Part shown: piece by piece, positions 12,301 to 25,058 of the stretch | How positions within the stretch are numbered: position 1 is the stretch's first letter | Layout: the number at the start of each line of letters is the position of its first letter | NCBI GenBank assembly: GCA_009602725.1 | Contig: WELB01000014.1 | Span: 603,555 to 650,313, forward strand | Direction of reading: 5' to 3' | DNA: 46,759 nucleotides | Source of the DNA: Spirogloea muscicola | Taxonomy: Eukaryota | Notes under the pieces: generated by a model | Told to the model about the DNA's origin: nothing | Databases searched by the model: none | The model's input: the letters and a program-made list of their open reading frames with translations, nothing else | Program-made: the position numbers and the translations under genes

Positions 12301-14459
12301 AGCTCATTGATTAGGGCTGGAGTTGACTATATTGCTGAATAGGTGATTGAGAAGTTGGAGGGGCCAACAATAGGCCAGCAGAATGCTCTGCGCTTGCTTC
12401 AGGTACAGCTTCGTGCAGCACAGGGTTTTTCTAGAAGCAAAGTGCATCATGTCGTTCCAGCTTGCATGTTTCAGAGCCAAGGCTGCTGCCAGAGGTGCTG
12501 AAGTTTCACTATTGACGCTCCTCTGTGCAGGCTACGCTGTCTGTGGGCATGTATGAACTTGCAGGAGAGCTGGTGAGCAGTTGTCCCTTACAGCTCAAGG
12601 AGATATGTCAGCTTTACTTTCAGTAGCCATATCAATCTCTTGGTGTACACTGGCCTTAGTACCTGACGGAAAATAGTGAATTTCCCAGTGACAATCACAA
12701 ACTGACTGCTATGTCCAAATTGACATACCGAAGCAATGAGCTGTTACTGAGCACAGCACCCAACATACATGCGAAGGAATCCTCATGGCCTGGTTGAGCT
12801 AGGGTTCACCCGTGGCTACAACTGGGATGTCCTTACATTCGTATGACCAAGTCTCATCAGGTCCGCTTCCTTTTACGATCTGGGAGAGAGTACAGCAGCA
12901 CCGCTAAGGAAGCGGATGGCGGCTCAGATCATCTCCTGAAGTCGTTCTTCTCCTTCGGTTTCACCACAACGTACACGACTCTTGCCACTTGCTGACGCTC
13001 TCCTAGTCATGTTGCCTGACAAGTTCCCTGATCGTTAGCGGGAGGCTCATTTCACAGCCTGCCTGTCTTTAAAGTTGACTCTTGCAAGAGTGGCTTGGCT
13101 TATCTTGCAGGGCCCCTCAGTTGAGAGCAGATGTCTTACATGCTACTGTGAAGAACATCCTAGGGGATCATGCTCTTCTCCTACTTCGGCAGAAGGACCT
13201 ACACGAGCTCGTAGTGTTTGCCAGGGGCACGCAGTTTGAGCTTGATGTATGTCTCTGGTCCAGATGTGCAGTAGTCATAAAGAGAAGGACATGCCCATAT
13301 TACAGCACCTTGTATCCATATTCTAAGACCACCAAAGCATCTAGCGACGTTGTTAGATCTCTCTGTATCACGTGCATCGATAGATTGCTGCCAACTTGTG
13401 GTCTCTAAAGAGTGGTCACTAGCTATAATCGAAAGTGTTTTGCACCTGGTGCAGGAGTTCCTGCGAACAGAGAAAGGAAGGAGTGCACGATTGGAAGACT
13501 TTCCAACAGCTCTTCGCCTTGTATACAGCAAGGTAGTGCTCCAAATGCCTCTTGTTGGGCAGACTGCTATCTCTGTGCCGCTCTGTGCATGCCACGGGCC
13601 TTCTCATAGCCAGGAGGATTGAGCATTACAGGTCTGCATCTCTGTCTGCATCTCCTTTTGCAGCTCCGCATCAACTCTCCACGAGCCAGACTAGATGCCG
13701 AGTTCGTTTTAAACCACATGAGGGCGGCTAGCTTTCACGAGTGGACCATTGTGCTCGCAACTCTTTTGCATCGCATAGAGGTATGTGGATGCTCCAAAAG
13801 CATGTCAACCAAAAGAGTGAGTGTAAGCATGTCTGAGCTCCTTGGGCTCCAGTCCAATAAGGAGACTGAGAAGGTGGTGTTGTTGCTTCAAGCTCTGCAT
13901 CATGCCAGTAGTGGTCGAACTGCAGAGAGTGAGACTGGCAGTTTGACAAGTCTAACTGTTTGCAGATACTTTTGGAGTTATTTCGTAGTGATCTCAAGCT
14001 TTTCCGTGCCTTCAGCACCACGCTGAAGGTGCTGGCAGATTGCTTTCCATACCCTCCATTTTGACCCAACAGTCCTTGTGGAAGTTAACATGCATCAGCC
14101 AGCACAACACTTTCTTGAGGATGGAAGTCCTGATGCTAGACTTGCTGTACTTCAGGGGAATCTTAGCTTTCTTCGTCACGACGACTTTGTGTTCGTATTT
14201 CTGGGGGAGTGCATAACTACAATGAAGCTAATGAACAATAAGTGCATAAGTGCTGGACTGATTTCCCACTAAAGTCTCACTGTCAAACCTTGTTGGAATG
14301 CGCATTATGCAAATGCAGGCACAGGCTAATGCTGCCCAGTACAAGGACATGCTGTCAGTACTGGAGACTGAGCTCCGGCCCTTGCTCATTGCCAGCGAGA
14401 GCCAGAGGTTGACGAACCTGGCCAGCCCCGCAAAGCTTCGTAGTGCTAGCAGCTCGTGA
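6322..14459 (+). CDS. RIC1: RIC1 (Rab6/Ypt6 GEF complex subunit), about 23 exons
   Basis: Starts MYIAYGWP (plant RIC1 signature). Exons include 6322-6468, 6715-6822, 7169-7326, 7561-7642, 7844-8274, 8491-8947, 9214-9437, 9586-9781, 10841-11020 and 14319-14459. Motifs: WSPDNAVFAVGW..LAVWSVSGCRLMCTIRQ, NWPVRHVAA..YLAIAG..GLILY..WRVFGD, LDPELDFDREVYP, HFSHSLEWLLF, FPEYLDVVVSVARKTDGRHWQELF, LFEECF..RTATCYIL, LVRFLLRSG. Confidence 0.95.
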
Positions 14460-15346
14460 GCCGTGTCAGTGAGCTCCTTGACCTCGACTAGACGCATTGA
14501 CATGGCTGTCATTAGACCTTACTTTGACCTGGTCACAGGTTCCAAGGGCTCTGTTAGTCCCCACTTTATCTGAGCCTACAGTTCAAGAATCTCTAGTGGA
14601 GACCATAGGCAGGCATATGCACCTCCCGCTCGTGACCAGGGCTTTACGTGCTGATGGTGGTGGCAGCCCTCATTGCACCCATTTGGGGCAGATGCTCTGT
14701 CTTGCTTGCCTGCATGCAACGTAATGCCGCACCACAGCTGACTCTCCAACAAATAGGACAACCCCTGTTATATTACGTAGCATTGCGAGGTCTCGAGGTG
14801 GTCAATCCTGGTGGTAGTCATCTAAGGTGGCTGCTGGGCAAGAGGCATGTGCACTGCCGTGCAGTCACCATCACTTATTGGCAAGCTTTTGCAGTGCTGA
14901 CAGCGCGGTTGCGTAGAACCCGCCAAAGCAGATCAGCGAGAGCAGTCACTGAGTGCCCAGCACCTGCTTAGCTCGAAAGTGAGACGTGTAACAGTCGGCA
15001 CCAGCGCTGGACAGCCGGGGCCAGCTTTATGAGCACTGCAGTCGTATGCATGTATACGAGAGCGCTCAGTGCTGCCTGGCCTCAAGCTCTTCGGCAAGTG
15101 AGCCGATCCAACGCCGAGAATTTGGACAGCTCTCACTGAAATCTTGGCCAAAGTTGGCGTAGTGGCAGAGCACACGTCGCCGGCCAGTCCACTAGCAGCA
15201 AGTGGATCTCATGGGCTCGGCAATTGACAGCAGCAGGCGAAGAACAGAGATTCGATCCCTGGTCGCTCGCAGCGGGCTCTCTGTATGCATCTGGCTGGCA
15301 CTTTACAGCCGACTCTTAAATATCAGCAGCCGCATTCTCTTGTGGC

Positions 15347-15648
<302 letters not shown>

Positions 15649-16089
15649 NGGCGATGGCGGCGGCGTTGCCGACGGCGGCGGCGTCGGCGAGGCGGCGGCG
15701 GCGGCAGCGGCGGCGGCGGCTCAATTCGAACCGCCGTCGGGCGAGCGGGAAAGCCGTTACCGAGAGCAGGGGATCGAGTGGATGAAATTCCGTCGCCCTT
15801 TCGGCGTTCGACTCACCCACCAGAATCAGTCAGCCAGTACCTTTACCAAGGGACTCTTCCATCCGAAATCGGCTCGGCACATCTTGAAGCCCTCCCCGTA
15901 CTAGATGTGACACATGCCGTCATGTGTACAGCCACCGACCTTTATTGGCTCACGTGTACATCTCCCACCAAGGTATCTTTTTGTCAAAGCGCAGTGGCGA
16001 ATGCGGTTACCTTTTGCCCCACAGACTACAGCAAAGCTGACGGAGAAGCTAACAAAGACAGCGAGGTGGAAAACATGTCCAGGGAAGGC

Positions 16090-16460
16090 TGAAACAGCCG
16101 CAAGCTCTCTTAAGGCCAAAGCCGTGGTGGGAGCCAGCGGCGCTCTGGTCGATTACTGCGTGAAGGCCGTCGCAGCTGCACGCTGGAGTCGCCTTTTGCT
16201 AAGTGACAGTAAGCTCATCCAAGAAGTAGTGTGATTAGGTGATGGAGGGCTTGAGAGGCCAAGTACAAAGGCAAACATTGACTGATGTACATCTCTTGCT
16301 GCTAAGCTGACCCGCTCAGCAGCCACGAGTCAGCACATAGAGGTCGCTGACTGATGCCCGAATGGACGTCCCAGGAAGAGGGCGAGGGCTCTGAATAGTC
16401 AGCCCGAAGAATACTGAAAAAGTTAGGAGGGGCCCGAATATGCTGAAACACACGACCTAG
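16090..16460 (-). mobile_element. Stack of decayed CRE-like RLE retrotransposon 3' ends
   Basis: On the minus strand, a 3' hairpin module (cttcgggctgactattcagagccctcgccc, ~16410-16380) is followed by ASVSDLYVLTRGC* (16357-16316), then a 3' UTR that matches 26859-26927, then LQRAAATA..LALRELAAVS resembling another element C-terminus. Confidence 0.6.
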
Positions 16461-17396
16461 CAAGTGCTACTAAGTGGCCCCTTGACAGCCCACTCGGCCC
16501 CAAACAAGTCTCACAGGCTCGGCTTTGCCTCTTCTTGTGGGCTTACTCGTGCCAAGCGCAATACTCATGCCACAATCAGGCAACTGCTGCGGCCAGGCTG
16601 CACTCGAGAACTTGTGCGCCCCTGGGGCTGGGCGTTAGAGCTGTCGCCACCTTCATCCTAGCAGCAGTGCCGCAACTTGCGCCCCTACTTAGCGGCCCCT
16701 TGCCCACGCTTGCAAAACCACTGCTGCACGCAGCTTACCGCCTCGACGGCTGGTGGAGAGTCTGTCGGGGTTAACGCCCTTATGACTTGTTGCTCTTTCA
16801 GTGCCCAAGTCTAACTTCCACCCTATGCCTGCAAGCATCAAAAGGTGGAGATACCTGCGGCCAGTGGCTGCCACACTGGCCAGTGGCAGCGTCTCTTCAC
16901 ATCTGTGCCGAAGCTTCAAACCCCTGACGTCAATCATCCTTCCATCTCTGCGACTGTAGCAACGTCGGCTCGCGCAGACTTCAATCAGCTGCTGTGCGGC
17001 AGATCAGAGCTCTTGCTTGCGTGCTGAATCATCCAGATCAATGTGAGGTTCAGAATTGAGCACCTTGGTCAATGATACTATGGTCACCCCCTACAAAGTG
17101 GGAATAAGCAAACATCATCGACATCGTTCCCTTGACCTCCTTCCTGTGCAAGCTCACAACGATTAACAGCCTCCTCCTTCAGATGTAAGCTGTCACTCGT
17201 TTGGAGAACTTCAACTCAAAGTCATATGGTAAGCTCAAATGTGGTCAGTGGTGTATCCCACATGACCACTCGCGCCGGGCACAGCTCAAGACATGGTCAA
17301 GCGAACATGTGCTTCAGTCTGCTCGTGATGGCTAGATTGAGGAACATTGTTGACCACATCCCTTACTGTCCAGAATCTTGCAATTGTGGTTTTCAT

Positions 17397-20192
17397 TCAG
17401 GATCCTCCATCTGGCTTCGAGTGCGCCTGAGGTGTCTGGTTGGACGCAATTGCAGAGGGCTTGAGGGGCTCACTGTTGCTGCCGGGGAGCCCAGCAGCAA
17501 CCTGCGCTGGCAGGTCATGTCAAGAAGTGTGCACATATGCACAATGTCAGAAACAAAGGTGGCCGACAGAAGCATGCAGAACTGCAAGTCATTGTTCTGC
17601 TACTCACACAACTGTGTACTACAAGAGCACATCATCATGTCAGGGTCCACACAATCGATAATGGACAATGACTTGTGTCCAAAGCAACGGCAATGCTACG
17701 CACTTGAGCTGGAAGTACATATGAAAAGCCTATGAGAGAACAATTACTGCTACTGTGTGAGTAGCAGTAATTGCTCTGCTACTCACACATTACTACCTGA
17801 TTACAACGTATATCTGGAAGGATGCAAATAAATGACAAACGGAGAAGAACAAGAATAATTGGGTGTTGGAGGACAGAAGTGGGACAGTTGTGGACCTCAT
17901 CTTGTCCATCTGCTTGGACTTGGTAATCAGCACCACCATGGCTGTCTTTGACGTCACCATCAGCTATACTTGGACCTGCAACTGCATCATCCACGGGTTC
18001 TGATCCTCCCCCACTCCCCACCTGAACAAGCCAGATACTGTACTTAGTCATTAGAACAAAGCCACGAACTCACCCGTACTCACAGCTTGAACCCCAGGAA
18101 GTAAAAGTGCTATCATATACAGTCAGAGCTTGATAGCGATCCATGGGGTGTAGGGACACAAGATGAGACTAAAGCCAAGTCTCACCCTCTGGCGCTTTAT
18201 GGAAGTGCTATCAGACCCTCCATCCTGTGAAGAGCTCACCGGTACTTGCCTTTCAGCTTCTCCAGCAATCTACAAGTGAAGAGCTGCTGTTAAGGATGCA
18301 TTGAGTATCCGTTACAAACATCCATGACTCTGCAGAGACACGATGGGAGAAACCATGATGTCGAGCACCTCTCTCACAGGTTCCACTGCAGGTTGTGATG
18401 CCGACGGAGATGCTGATGATGGATGCGCTGCTTGAGGTGGAGGCTGTGGTCTCTGCATCAGCATGCCTCTATCCAAGAGGTTCTTAAAACCAAGTAGCTC
18501 AAGGGCCTGCACAGTGGGGGAGTGTGGGCAGATACTCTCAAGTCAAACACGTCAAACTGGTACCAAGGCCGGTACCAGCAAGTTGTGTGTTGCCATCACA
18601 ATACATGTAATGCTTGCAGTCTGCATCATGGCAAAGTAAAAAATATCCCAGCGAGTAGGAAGGTGCTCATGGAGCTGAAGCACCTCACACTAGAAGGCAA
18701 CGCAGTTATACAAAAGCAAGTGGGTTCATCATTGCTTGCAACATCACATACCTTGGCCACCTTGGGTACCATCTGGACTACTTGGCGACCAATGTCAGAT
18801 GGCTCTCCTCCATCCTGCACAATAGCGGGTTATGCATCCTGGAAAAATGGGCCTCAAGTGCCAATTTGCCATGTCTCCAAATGATATAGCTGCACAGATG
18901 CTGCTAATCACCTTCTCAATCTGATGGATTGAGTCTCCCTAGCAGGCCAAGCCAAGCGCACAAGTAGAGACCGTTCACTGCTGGCTACTCACAGTATGAT
19001 AACCCTTCCGTTGCACGTAGTCTGTAAGTGGGTCAAAGATGGCGCCCATGGTGGCAGGTGATGGCCCACTCTGGGCTTGTTGACCGTCAGCTGAGGTGCC
19101 AGCCCGTTGCTTTTGCCGCTCTGATGACCCAGGACTTTGCCCATTTGAAAGGCTTGGAGGCAATCTCTGTGCCCCAGCTTCTGGAGGTGCAGTTTCTGCA
19201 GCCTCCCTTGCCGGCTCATACATGGATTGAACTAGCTGCTAATACCATGAAACACGAGGCGCAGTGCTTCAGAGGAGTGCATGAATGTAGGACAACTGGT
19301 CCTTACTGGACAGATGCAGAATTCTAAACCTGAACAAACATATAGATACTCCGTCAGATTCTGCATTTTCAATTTCTGTCAGTGTGCCTGCTGTAGTAGA
19401 CCTGCTACAGTGAAACCAAGTCGGTCACTAAGAAACGTCACAAACTGTCACTGCTAAATAAAGGCCTCCAGCATTACCCTTGACAGCTGACGACTTCAAG
19501 GGCAAGCCAAGCCCAGATCCCAGAAGAATACCTGCTCGTCAGGGAGAAGTTGGGCTGCAAGTCGTTCCACGGTTTGACCAATGAGGGTGACAAATTCCTC
19601 GTCTACTTCTTCTTCCTCTGTGTTTGGGATTTGCTGCTGGGAAGCTTGAGGAGGGCCTTCTGTGCCATCACCTGTATAGGGGGAAGATATAGGACCATGA
19701 GCCAGCTCAAGCAAGCCACAAGAACAAACATCGCAAGATGGCATTTCAGCAGCGGGCACAGGCATGGGCTGGCTTCGTTAAGCGGCTCAAAGAGGGGGTG
19801 ACAGCAACCCCATTGAACAATTGGTATCAAATTAGCATGTATAAGACTTGCAACTTCACAAGCCTGGCAGGACTACAGGCTGCCTAAGTGCAGCAGTCAC
19901 AGACTGACCGGCATTCGGAATTGCTGGACTGCCCCGAGAAAGGGAAGCTAGCTGTGAAGGAGCTTGGAGGTTTTGCTGTGCTTGGGCCCTGGCTTGCTGA
20001 CTGGCAAGGTTCTCAGCCTGCAAGTAACGATCCTGCAATTCTAGCTGCTGAGCAATGCCCTGCAGGCAATGCCCCATGTGGTGCCAATTGTGCTGCGCCT
20101 GTCCTACAAGAGCCCTCAACTGTAGCTGATATGGTGTGGAAACTGGCGGCGGCTGCTGCTGCTGGTGCTGGTGCTGGTGCTGGTGCTGCTGC

Positions 20193-20225
<33 letters not shown>

Positions 20226-23200
20226 TGCTGCTGCTGCTGCTGAGCATTGATCAGCGTGTGTGCCTGGCTATGTGGCTGCCAATGTGCAGTTGGCTGCAGT
20301 CTTATCTGCTCTTGTCCCTGCCCAGCTGGCTGTGCCGTACGTTCTGACTGGGCTTGAGCTTGAGCTTGAGCCTGAGCCTGGGCTTGAGCCTGAGCCTGGG
20401 CCTGAAGTTGAACTTGGATATGCTGCTGTCCAGGGGCAGGAAGCTCTTGTGATGCCCGGAAGGGCGAACTGAAGCGGACATTCCCATCTTGGTCGACGCC
20501 CATGATTACCCCAGTGTGAGTGATTTGTCCAAACGTCCCAGCTTGCGAGGCTGTGGCTTCACTGATCTGGAGTGCATTACCAGGGCCAGCCCGAGGAAGT
20601 GACTGCAACAACCGATATGCATAAGTTCTTCAGACAGAGAGCATAGCTCAACTCACACCTGACTTAGCAGTAGTAAGCATCACCAAGAGTTTGATATGTC
20701 GTGCTTCAATATTTGTGAGATGCATGCGCAGACACGGTCTATGATGGTACTATTGTCATTTGATACACAAAGCACCATGTATACAAACATGCACCACTGT
20801 GCAAATTCAGCCAAGTTGATGACAAGTGAAGTACACAGGATCCAGATACCTGGATAATGAGGGGATTGGGCCCTGTTGGACTAATAAAAGCTGCTGGAGT
20901 AGTCAGGAGATTCGCTTGACCCTGACAGCCAATGAAGGGGTTGTTTACATAGAAGAAAGCCTTCCTTTTTCCAAGTATCCCTACATACATAGCAACAACT
21001 TGTACATGCCACATTGCTTATAGAGTGTGCATTGTGGTGGCTCTAGCTGCTCCATGACTTGTCACGTGATTACACTGCTAATGTCTACCCTCGATAATCT
21101 TAAACTGATGGCAACACATGAGAGTATGTGCTCTGTGCAATGAAGGCATTCTGGCAACAAGCTTACTTGAGCAAAGCCGATGCGCACTACTTGCACCATG
21201 CGAGAAAGTTCCAATATCAAGGGCACCAGTTCTTGGAATCGATTTGCCATTTGGAGCAGGTTTTGATCAAGTGTCACCCTCTGCGGCTGGCTGGTTGTGC
21301 CACAATCCATCTCAAGAGTTGTAGCTAAATTCTGCACATAATATCGAGAAGGTCAGAAAACACACTATCTATGTGTCAAGCGCTTGAGCTCAGCAAGGCA
21401 AGTATCAACCATCTTTGACAAGCATGATATTACTAGAGAACCTGCGCACAATCAACAGCTTCCGCTGGAGCATGTAGAGTGTGCTTTGCGAGGTGACATG
21501 GCCACTGCAGCGAACCTCTAGTAAAGTTGCAAATGGGCCAACCAGAAGGTCACGAGCATTGCGCAGAACAGCACCCATCTGGTGGGCCCCAGCTTGACCA
21601 CTCGGCATTCTGGCAGACGCACTATCCTCCGAAATATTCTGTTGACCCGCTGATGACGGTTCTGTACAGGCTGCTGCTGCTGTTGCTCCGCTGCTCCCTC
21701 TTGTCTCATCCTGGCCGCCATCTGCATGATGTTATGTTGTGTTGAGGATAGCATGCGAAGTATGTTGATTGTAATTATAGTGTAAATTCAGTCCAACCAA
21801 GATAGGTGGTGCAACAGAGAGGTGTGCAAAGGACTCTTACGCAATTGCATAAAGCGTCCTGGTTGATTGTCACTTGTGCTTCTGGACAACCAAGGAGACA
21901 CGAATCATGGCACCAGTGATGACAACAACTTACCCTGTTGTTGCATAGCCTGTGACAAGATTGATATGTAGCTAAGTGTCGTGGCCAAGGCTGTCGTCTC
22001 TGGGACAGTCTGCAGCTGCCCCAGTGTCACACATCAGTCATCTGAGGTGACCACACAATTTTAGCAATTATCTGCCTTGTAAGAGCTGGTCAACAAAGAC
22101 AGTCAAGCAGACGCTATGCTTGGGAGGTGCTGCAGGAACAGGTAGCGGTTGCATTTGCACCCACTTGCTGCTGACCGGAAGTTGCTTCCCTCGCTGGCGT
22201 GTTAGCTCCCTGTGTGAAACCTTGCGGCAGTACATGTTCAACTGCATTTGGACGGCCATTTGGACCAGGGGGTATTGGCTGGATTGATCCTTGTGCCAAG
22301 TTCCACATGTTTGCAGCCATTGCATTGTCTCCAACGTTGACTTGAAAGGCAGGCGCACTGCCGAATGGAGGTACCTGAAAAGCCAGATGATACCGATAGG
22401 CTTGCAATCTGGAATGTGGCATGCTGGTGGCAGAAGAAAGTGCTGTCAAGAGACTGCACAGTCCTAGAGACACAACTAATCCCCTTCCTGCCAACGTGAC
22501 GTAAGCTGAAAAAGGTATTACATTGTTGGACAGAACACACGTTTGGCAACCGGAGGAGGAAATGCCATGACAACATGCTACAAGGAGGTAGCCAACAGCC
22601 AAGTAGAAAGACTTACAAGCTCATTGACAGTAGCAGTATTGTAGCCAGCCATGCCAACAGAATTCAGAACTGTACCCAACACCTAAGAGCAAAGGCCAGC
22701 ACAAAGATGGGATAGTGAACTCAGCACAAACTTTGTAAAACTTAGGCTGATTCTTCTTCTCTGATGAGAGTTGCTTCAGGATATGAATGGTGACTCTCAC
22801 CTGATTGAAGTCTGGCGCCGTGCCGACAACGGCTGGGAATGGCATGTTCAAAGGAGGGCCCCCAAGACCCGCTGGTTCATCACCTGCCAAGTGTCCAACT
22901 ATTGCACATGTTATTTCCTCCTCCTTGATCTCCTTCCAAAGCTGATGCTTTCACAATCAGGTAGACACAAAGGTAAAGCACACTGCAAGTGCGAGTACAA
23001 TATGCTTTACCGAGCCTCCCATACCATGCATTTGCTCTGGCGAAGGCTGCTGACTCTGGGCCTGCACCGGTCGAGTAACAAGGTGCAGAGTATGCCCGTC
23101 ATCAATGCCTGTTGTGCATGCATAAGATAACAGATTGTGAGTCAGCCTTGCACAAGTGCAATACCCTACGTTGTCAGAACCCTGTGCAGACATTGAAGCC

Positions 23201-23730
23201 TTTGTGGACATGCCTGTCGACTCTGCAGCCTGCCAACATGCAGCGCTCCAAAGGCTCCAGAACTTGTATCTGCTGCAGTGTGACGAGAATTACCGAAGTC
23301 GGATAAGAACTGGTCGTCCTTCAAAACTTTCCCTTTGCAAATGAGCCGCTGCTGTGGCGGCGGCACGTTCGCAACCACTGCGATGCGCTCCTTCAACGCG
23401 TGTACCGCAATCTGATCAAAATAAGGAAGTGAAGCAATGAAATTCGGAGCTGCACATCTCTACGTCAAGAATCTGGTCTTCCATACCAGCACGTCATTCA
23501 GGAGCGAGTGCCATGGCAGCACTCTGCGTCACTTCGGGTGCCTGCAATCTCGCGTTTAGCCATCTCATGGAGCACTGGCGCTCGGACTGAACATCGGAGG
23601 CACGGCGGAACAGATGTCCGACGCGAGAGCAGCCGGCGAGGCAATTGTGGAATAAATTCTCACGCGTCTGTCCACGCGGAGCGTGTACTCCTCGGCGCCA
23701 AGCGTCTTGACGCGGATCTCCACGTCATCC

Positions 23731-23765
<35 letters not shown>

Positions 23766-23786
23766 CTGCGCCGACGACTCGGCCAT
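17397..23786 (-). CDS. BAG6/Scythe/CIP73-like ubiquitin-like domain protein, multi-exon
   Basis: N-terminal UBL split over three exons: DVEIRVKTLGAEEYTLRVDRR / IAVHALKERIAVVANVPPPQQRLICKGKVLKDDQFLSDF / IDDGHTLHLVTR. Followed by plant BAG6-like segments (TVPETTALATTLSYISN, QMGAVLRNARDLLVGPFATLL, QANLLTTPAAFISPTGPNPLIIQ, DIGRQVVQMVPKVAK) and Q/P-rich low complexity. The last exon (stop 17399-17397) is inferred from phase. Confidence 0.85.
20150..20404 (-). repeat. Coding microsatellites: (CAG/CAC)n poly-Q/H tract and (CAGGCT/CAAGCT)n QA repeat
   Basis: gctgctggtgct... at 20150-20245 and gcttgagcttgagcctgag... at 20349-20404, both in the open exon 19856-20611 (QAQAQAQAQ, QQQQQHQQHQ). Confidence 0.9.
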
Positions 23787-23929
23787 GACGACGCCGCCGC
23801 CGCCGCCGCCGCGGGCCGGCGAAGGGGGTGCGGCCGCGTCCCGTAGAGCTGCACTCTGGCTCCGCTAGTATAGTTACCAACACCCCCCAGTAAATGTTCC
23901 TTGCTTAAAGAATATGTATTTCAGCAATA

Positions 23930-24799
23930 TTCGGCCACCGGCTCCTGGGCCTGCCGCCACCGTGCCTCCAGGGTGTGCGTCAGTGCGAATGTGGCGAGCG
24001 AGGGGCCGAGCCTGGGGAGCTGGCCGCTCATGTTCTGCGCTGTTCCCACGGCGGAGAGCGGACAGCGGCCCACGACCGCCTCCGGGATGCGATGCATGGC
24101 ATCCTGGTGGAGGCTGGCTTCTCGCTGGCAGCGGAGAATTCCGCCGTCATGCCGCTCCAGCAAAGGGCCGACGGTCTCCACGCACGTCGCGTAGACCTTG
24201 TGGCCACCCCACGCGCCGGCGAGCCACGTCTTATCCTGGACGTGGTGACCACAGACGCATACGACCGCTCACACCCAGCCCAATGTGCCATCAAGGCTGG
24301 GTATGCGGTCGCCTGCGCCGCTCGAGCTAAGGAGCTCAAATATGCTGATCATCCGCGGGAAGACGAGTTCTTCCCGCTGGCTATCGACACGCATGGGGCG
24401 TTGGGCGGTGGCTCGAGCTGCTCAACTAGCTCGCCCGCCGCGCCATCGTCCGCCGCTTCCATGGGGAGCCAGTGGACTCTCCTGCAGCCGGGTGGCTAGC
24501 GCAGGTGTACCGGGTGCGCTTGGCCGTCTTGCTGCAGAGGTCTATGGCCCGCGCGCTGCACCAGCGTGCCGGCTGAGCCCTCGCTGCTGCCTCTGGCTCT
24601 GGCCAGGGAATCCACTTCCAGGAGCCTAGCTTCTCTGACCTGAGGCTGCTTAGCAGGGGTTACTGAGTAGTACGTAGCTGCTTTGTTTCTTGTTGTGCTT
24701 GTTTTTCTTAGTGCTTCCCCTGGCCCCCTTCTCGTACTTTGTTCCTTCATTTCTGGGCTGGCTTTTCCAGCCCCTATCCTCAATGGGCGAGCCCTTTCT
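23930..24799 (+). mobile_element. 5'-truncated CRE-like non-LTR retrotransposon (zinc knuckle + restriction-like endonuclease + 3' UTR), inactivated
   Basis: LGLPPPC..CECG..HVLRC (CCHC knuckle), GGERTAAHDRLRD, RRVDL..LILDVV (PD-(D/E)xK-like core), AARAKELKY, FFPLAIDTHGALG. After a frameshift near 24410: YRVRLAVLLQRSMARALH..SDLRLLSRGY* (stop 24664-24666) with two internal stops. No RT domain is present. Confidence 0.85.
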
Positions 24800-25058
24800 T
24801 CTATGGCCCGCGCGCTGCACCTGCGTGCCGGCAGAGCCCTCGCTGCTGCCTCTGGCTCTGGCCAGGGGACCCACTTCCAGGAGCCTAGCTTCTCTGACCT
24901 GAGGCTGCTTAGCAGGGGTTACTGAGTACTACGTTGCTGCTTTGTTTCTTGTTGTGCTTGTTTCTCTTGGCGCTTCCCCTGGCCCCTTCTCGTACTTTGT
25001 TCATTCTTTTTTGGGCTGGCTTTTCCAGCCCCTATCCTCAACAGGCGAGCCCTTCCCT
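24800..25058 (+). repeat. Direct tandem 259-bp copy of the element's 3' end
   Basis: 24541-24799 and 24800-25058 both start tctatggcccgcgcgctgcacc and end ..ggcgagccctt. They differ by scattered substitutions and small indels. Confidence 0.9.

Noticed and set aside
24541..25058. CRISPR array or true LTR pair
   Set aside because: Units are 259 bp, directly adjacent, without spacers, TG..CA ends, PBS or PPT. They encode a non-LTR ORF end, and the context is eukaryotic.
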